Assembly (NCBI GenBank): GCA_918797485.1 | Contig: CAKKNE010000002.1 | Location: 1,860,001-1,924,000 of the forward strand | Source of the DNA: Pelagomonas calceolata | Lineage: Eukaryota | DNA: 64,000 nt | Direction: 5' to 3' | In this document: one piece after another, positions 62,427-64,000 of the stretch | Position numbering within the stretch: the stretch's first letter is position 1 | Layout of the letters: the number at the start of each line of letters is the position of its first letter | The notes under the pieces: generated by a model | What the model saw: only the letters and a program-made list of their open reading frames with translations | Told to the model about the DNA's origin: nothing | Database searches by the model: none | Position numbers and translations under genes: made by a program

Positions 62427-64000
62427 TCACGTCCGCGCCGCCGTCGCGGGGTATGTTAAAGACTCGTCGGTCTCCGAGAAGTTGCGCCGCGCCCAGGGCG
62501 CTTCCGAATTCTCGCGTTCGAAATCGCCAAGCTGGCTATCCAACACCTCCGAGAAGGAGCGGCTCGCCGCCGCGCTCGGCGGCTCACGCGGTAAAGGCCG
62601 CGCCACAGCGATCGAACGCACGCGACCCACGGCAGGAGACGCCAGCGGCGACGCCGCCGCCGTCAGCTTCCGGATGTACCTCCTTTCATGCTCCAGCGTC
62701 TCGAACCGATACGCCACCCGGATATCGGGCACGTTCGTCATGCGAATGTCGTTGCCGCCGGCCTCATCATAGCCCTCTCCCAGAAAATGGCGCTTGAACC
62801 TATCTTCCACGCCACTTTGTAGTACGGAATTCCTAGCGATCTCGCAGATGTCCGTCGACGACAGCTTCCAGACCTGGGCCGCTACCGAGTATTCTTCTAC
62901 CAGTGGGTCTTTGGTAAAATGTAACATGAGAGGATCATCGGTAGATAATGAGACATCTAAACCGCGCTTGAAGTACTTCGGGAAGGGGCTCTTCGAGAAG
63001 TCTAAGAATAACCTATTGTTGGATAACGGCGACATCGCGATGCCCATGCGCGCCAAGTAGTACAAGTACTGCAGCGGCGGACTCCTTCGCAGCTGGATGC
63101 CGTGGTTGATCTTCTTCGTGAGTAGAAAGGCCGCGGTTAGATGATCCACATCACCCGCTTCACCACCTGTGCGCAAACCAACCGATGAGTCGGGTGCACC
63201 CGAAAATTCTTCACGAAGTCCTTTCTCGGCGACAACGCGACCATGATGACTGAATCGAGTGGTGTAGGACCCACACCGCCGCGCCGTCGAGCTGGCGTCG
63301 CGTCGATGGCGTGGAGGCCATGATTGAGCCGTGGCGGAGACGCGCCGCGAGAATTTGATTTATGCACAGCTCACCGCAATGAGGTCGGAACTCGAACGTC
63401 GACAGGCCCCGCGACCGTCGTAACGCATTCAAACTTCGAATATTGGCATAGAGGTGGTACATCCAGTAGGCATAGCTCGGCTCGTCGGGCTGATTCCACT
63501 CTGACGGTGTAGCTATAGGGTACCTCGAATCAAGCTTGCGGTCGGGTTTACTCTCGTCATCGACACTATCAAAACCGACGAGAGCCTCCAAAAACGCGTG
63601 CAACTTCGGATGCGAGGCCGGGTCGAGCGAAGCCTCGAACAAGGGCCGGAAGACGTTATCCAAGACTTCCCCGAACGACTCCACCAGACCAGATTTGCGG
63701 TATATTGAATACAATCGGGGAATCTGTACGAGCCACCGGACGTTCGGCGACGACAATTCGTTGTCGACAATCCAAGCCGCTAATTTACTCCATTCATCCA
63801 ATTTCCGGCCATAGACACTGACCCGCCACTCCGCGATCTGGTACTTCGACTGCTCTAAATCGGCAATCACCTCTTTGGTGATTTCCGCGAGGTACCGGCC
63901 CTTCACGTGGTTATCGGTCTTCAGGAAGATTTCCCTCAGTCTCGATTGCCCAGCTGGATTGTACTTGAGGTTGAATCGGTCGAAGCGGTGGAACGTGTCG
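62427..64000 (-). CDS. AMPD: AMP deaminase (5'-partial); exons >64000-63378 and 63166-62427
   Basis: [45 protein letters not shown] and CEIARNSV. Confidence 0.95.
63167..63377 (-). mobile_element. Introner, 211-nt intron with GC donor
   Basis: Decayed TIRs CTGTGCGCAAACCAA / TTGATTTATGCACAG. TSD TTCACCAC/CTCACCGC. Internal CGCGTCGATGGCGTGG motif. Confidence 0.87.

Overview
This is GC-rich, gene-dense eukaryotic nuclear DNA, most consistent with a pelagophyte alga (Pelagomonas/Aureococcus-like). The evidence is bipartite plastid-targeting peptides, short GT/GC-AG introns, Introner-type introns and flagellar SHIPPO-repeat genes. About 35 protein-coding genes can be supported, including DOHH, urea-cycle-type CPS, a calpain-like protein, FAD synthetase, H2A/H2B, TBC GAP, SAHH, adenylate kinase, GT8, ArsS-like radical SAM, an MCPH1-like BRCT protein, fibrillin, AGC kinase, JmjC, Rab and AMP deaminase. 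Highlights: (1) A candidate zinc/metal-acquisition cluster at ~50.8-58.3 kb contains a METTL9-type His-methyltransferase fusion, a PLAC8/PCR protein, a ZIP transporter and two surface proteins. The two surface proteins share the ZIP ectodomain and its His-rich...RRL motifs, and one is divergently paired with the ZIP. (2) The ArsS-like gene is a hidden selenoprotein: its apparent TGA stop is followed by QGTTA and a SECIS-like hairpin. (3) A receptor-like CUB-repeat/TM/RBR E3 ligase of ~1638 aa appears only after splicing out four Introners. (4) Seven TIR/8-bp-TSD Introner copies are present. (5) A ~25-bp motif (TTGCTAGTGTCTTAC..GCCGCTAGC) recurs in at least 9 upstream intergenic regions. (6) H2A/H2B share a near-perfect palindromic bidirectional promoter and identical 3' histone stem-loops. 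All calls are from reading the sequence; no searches were run.
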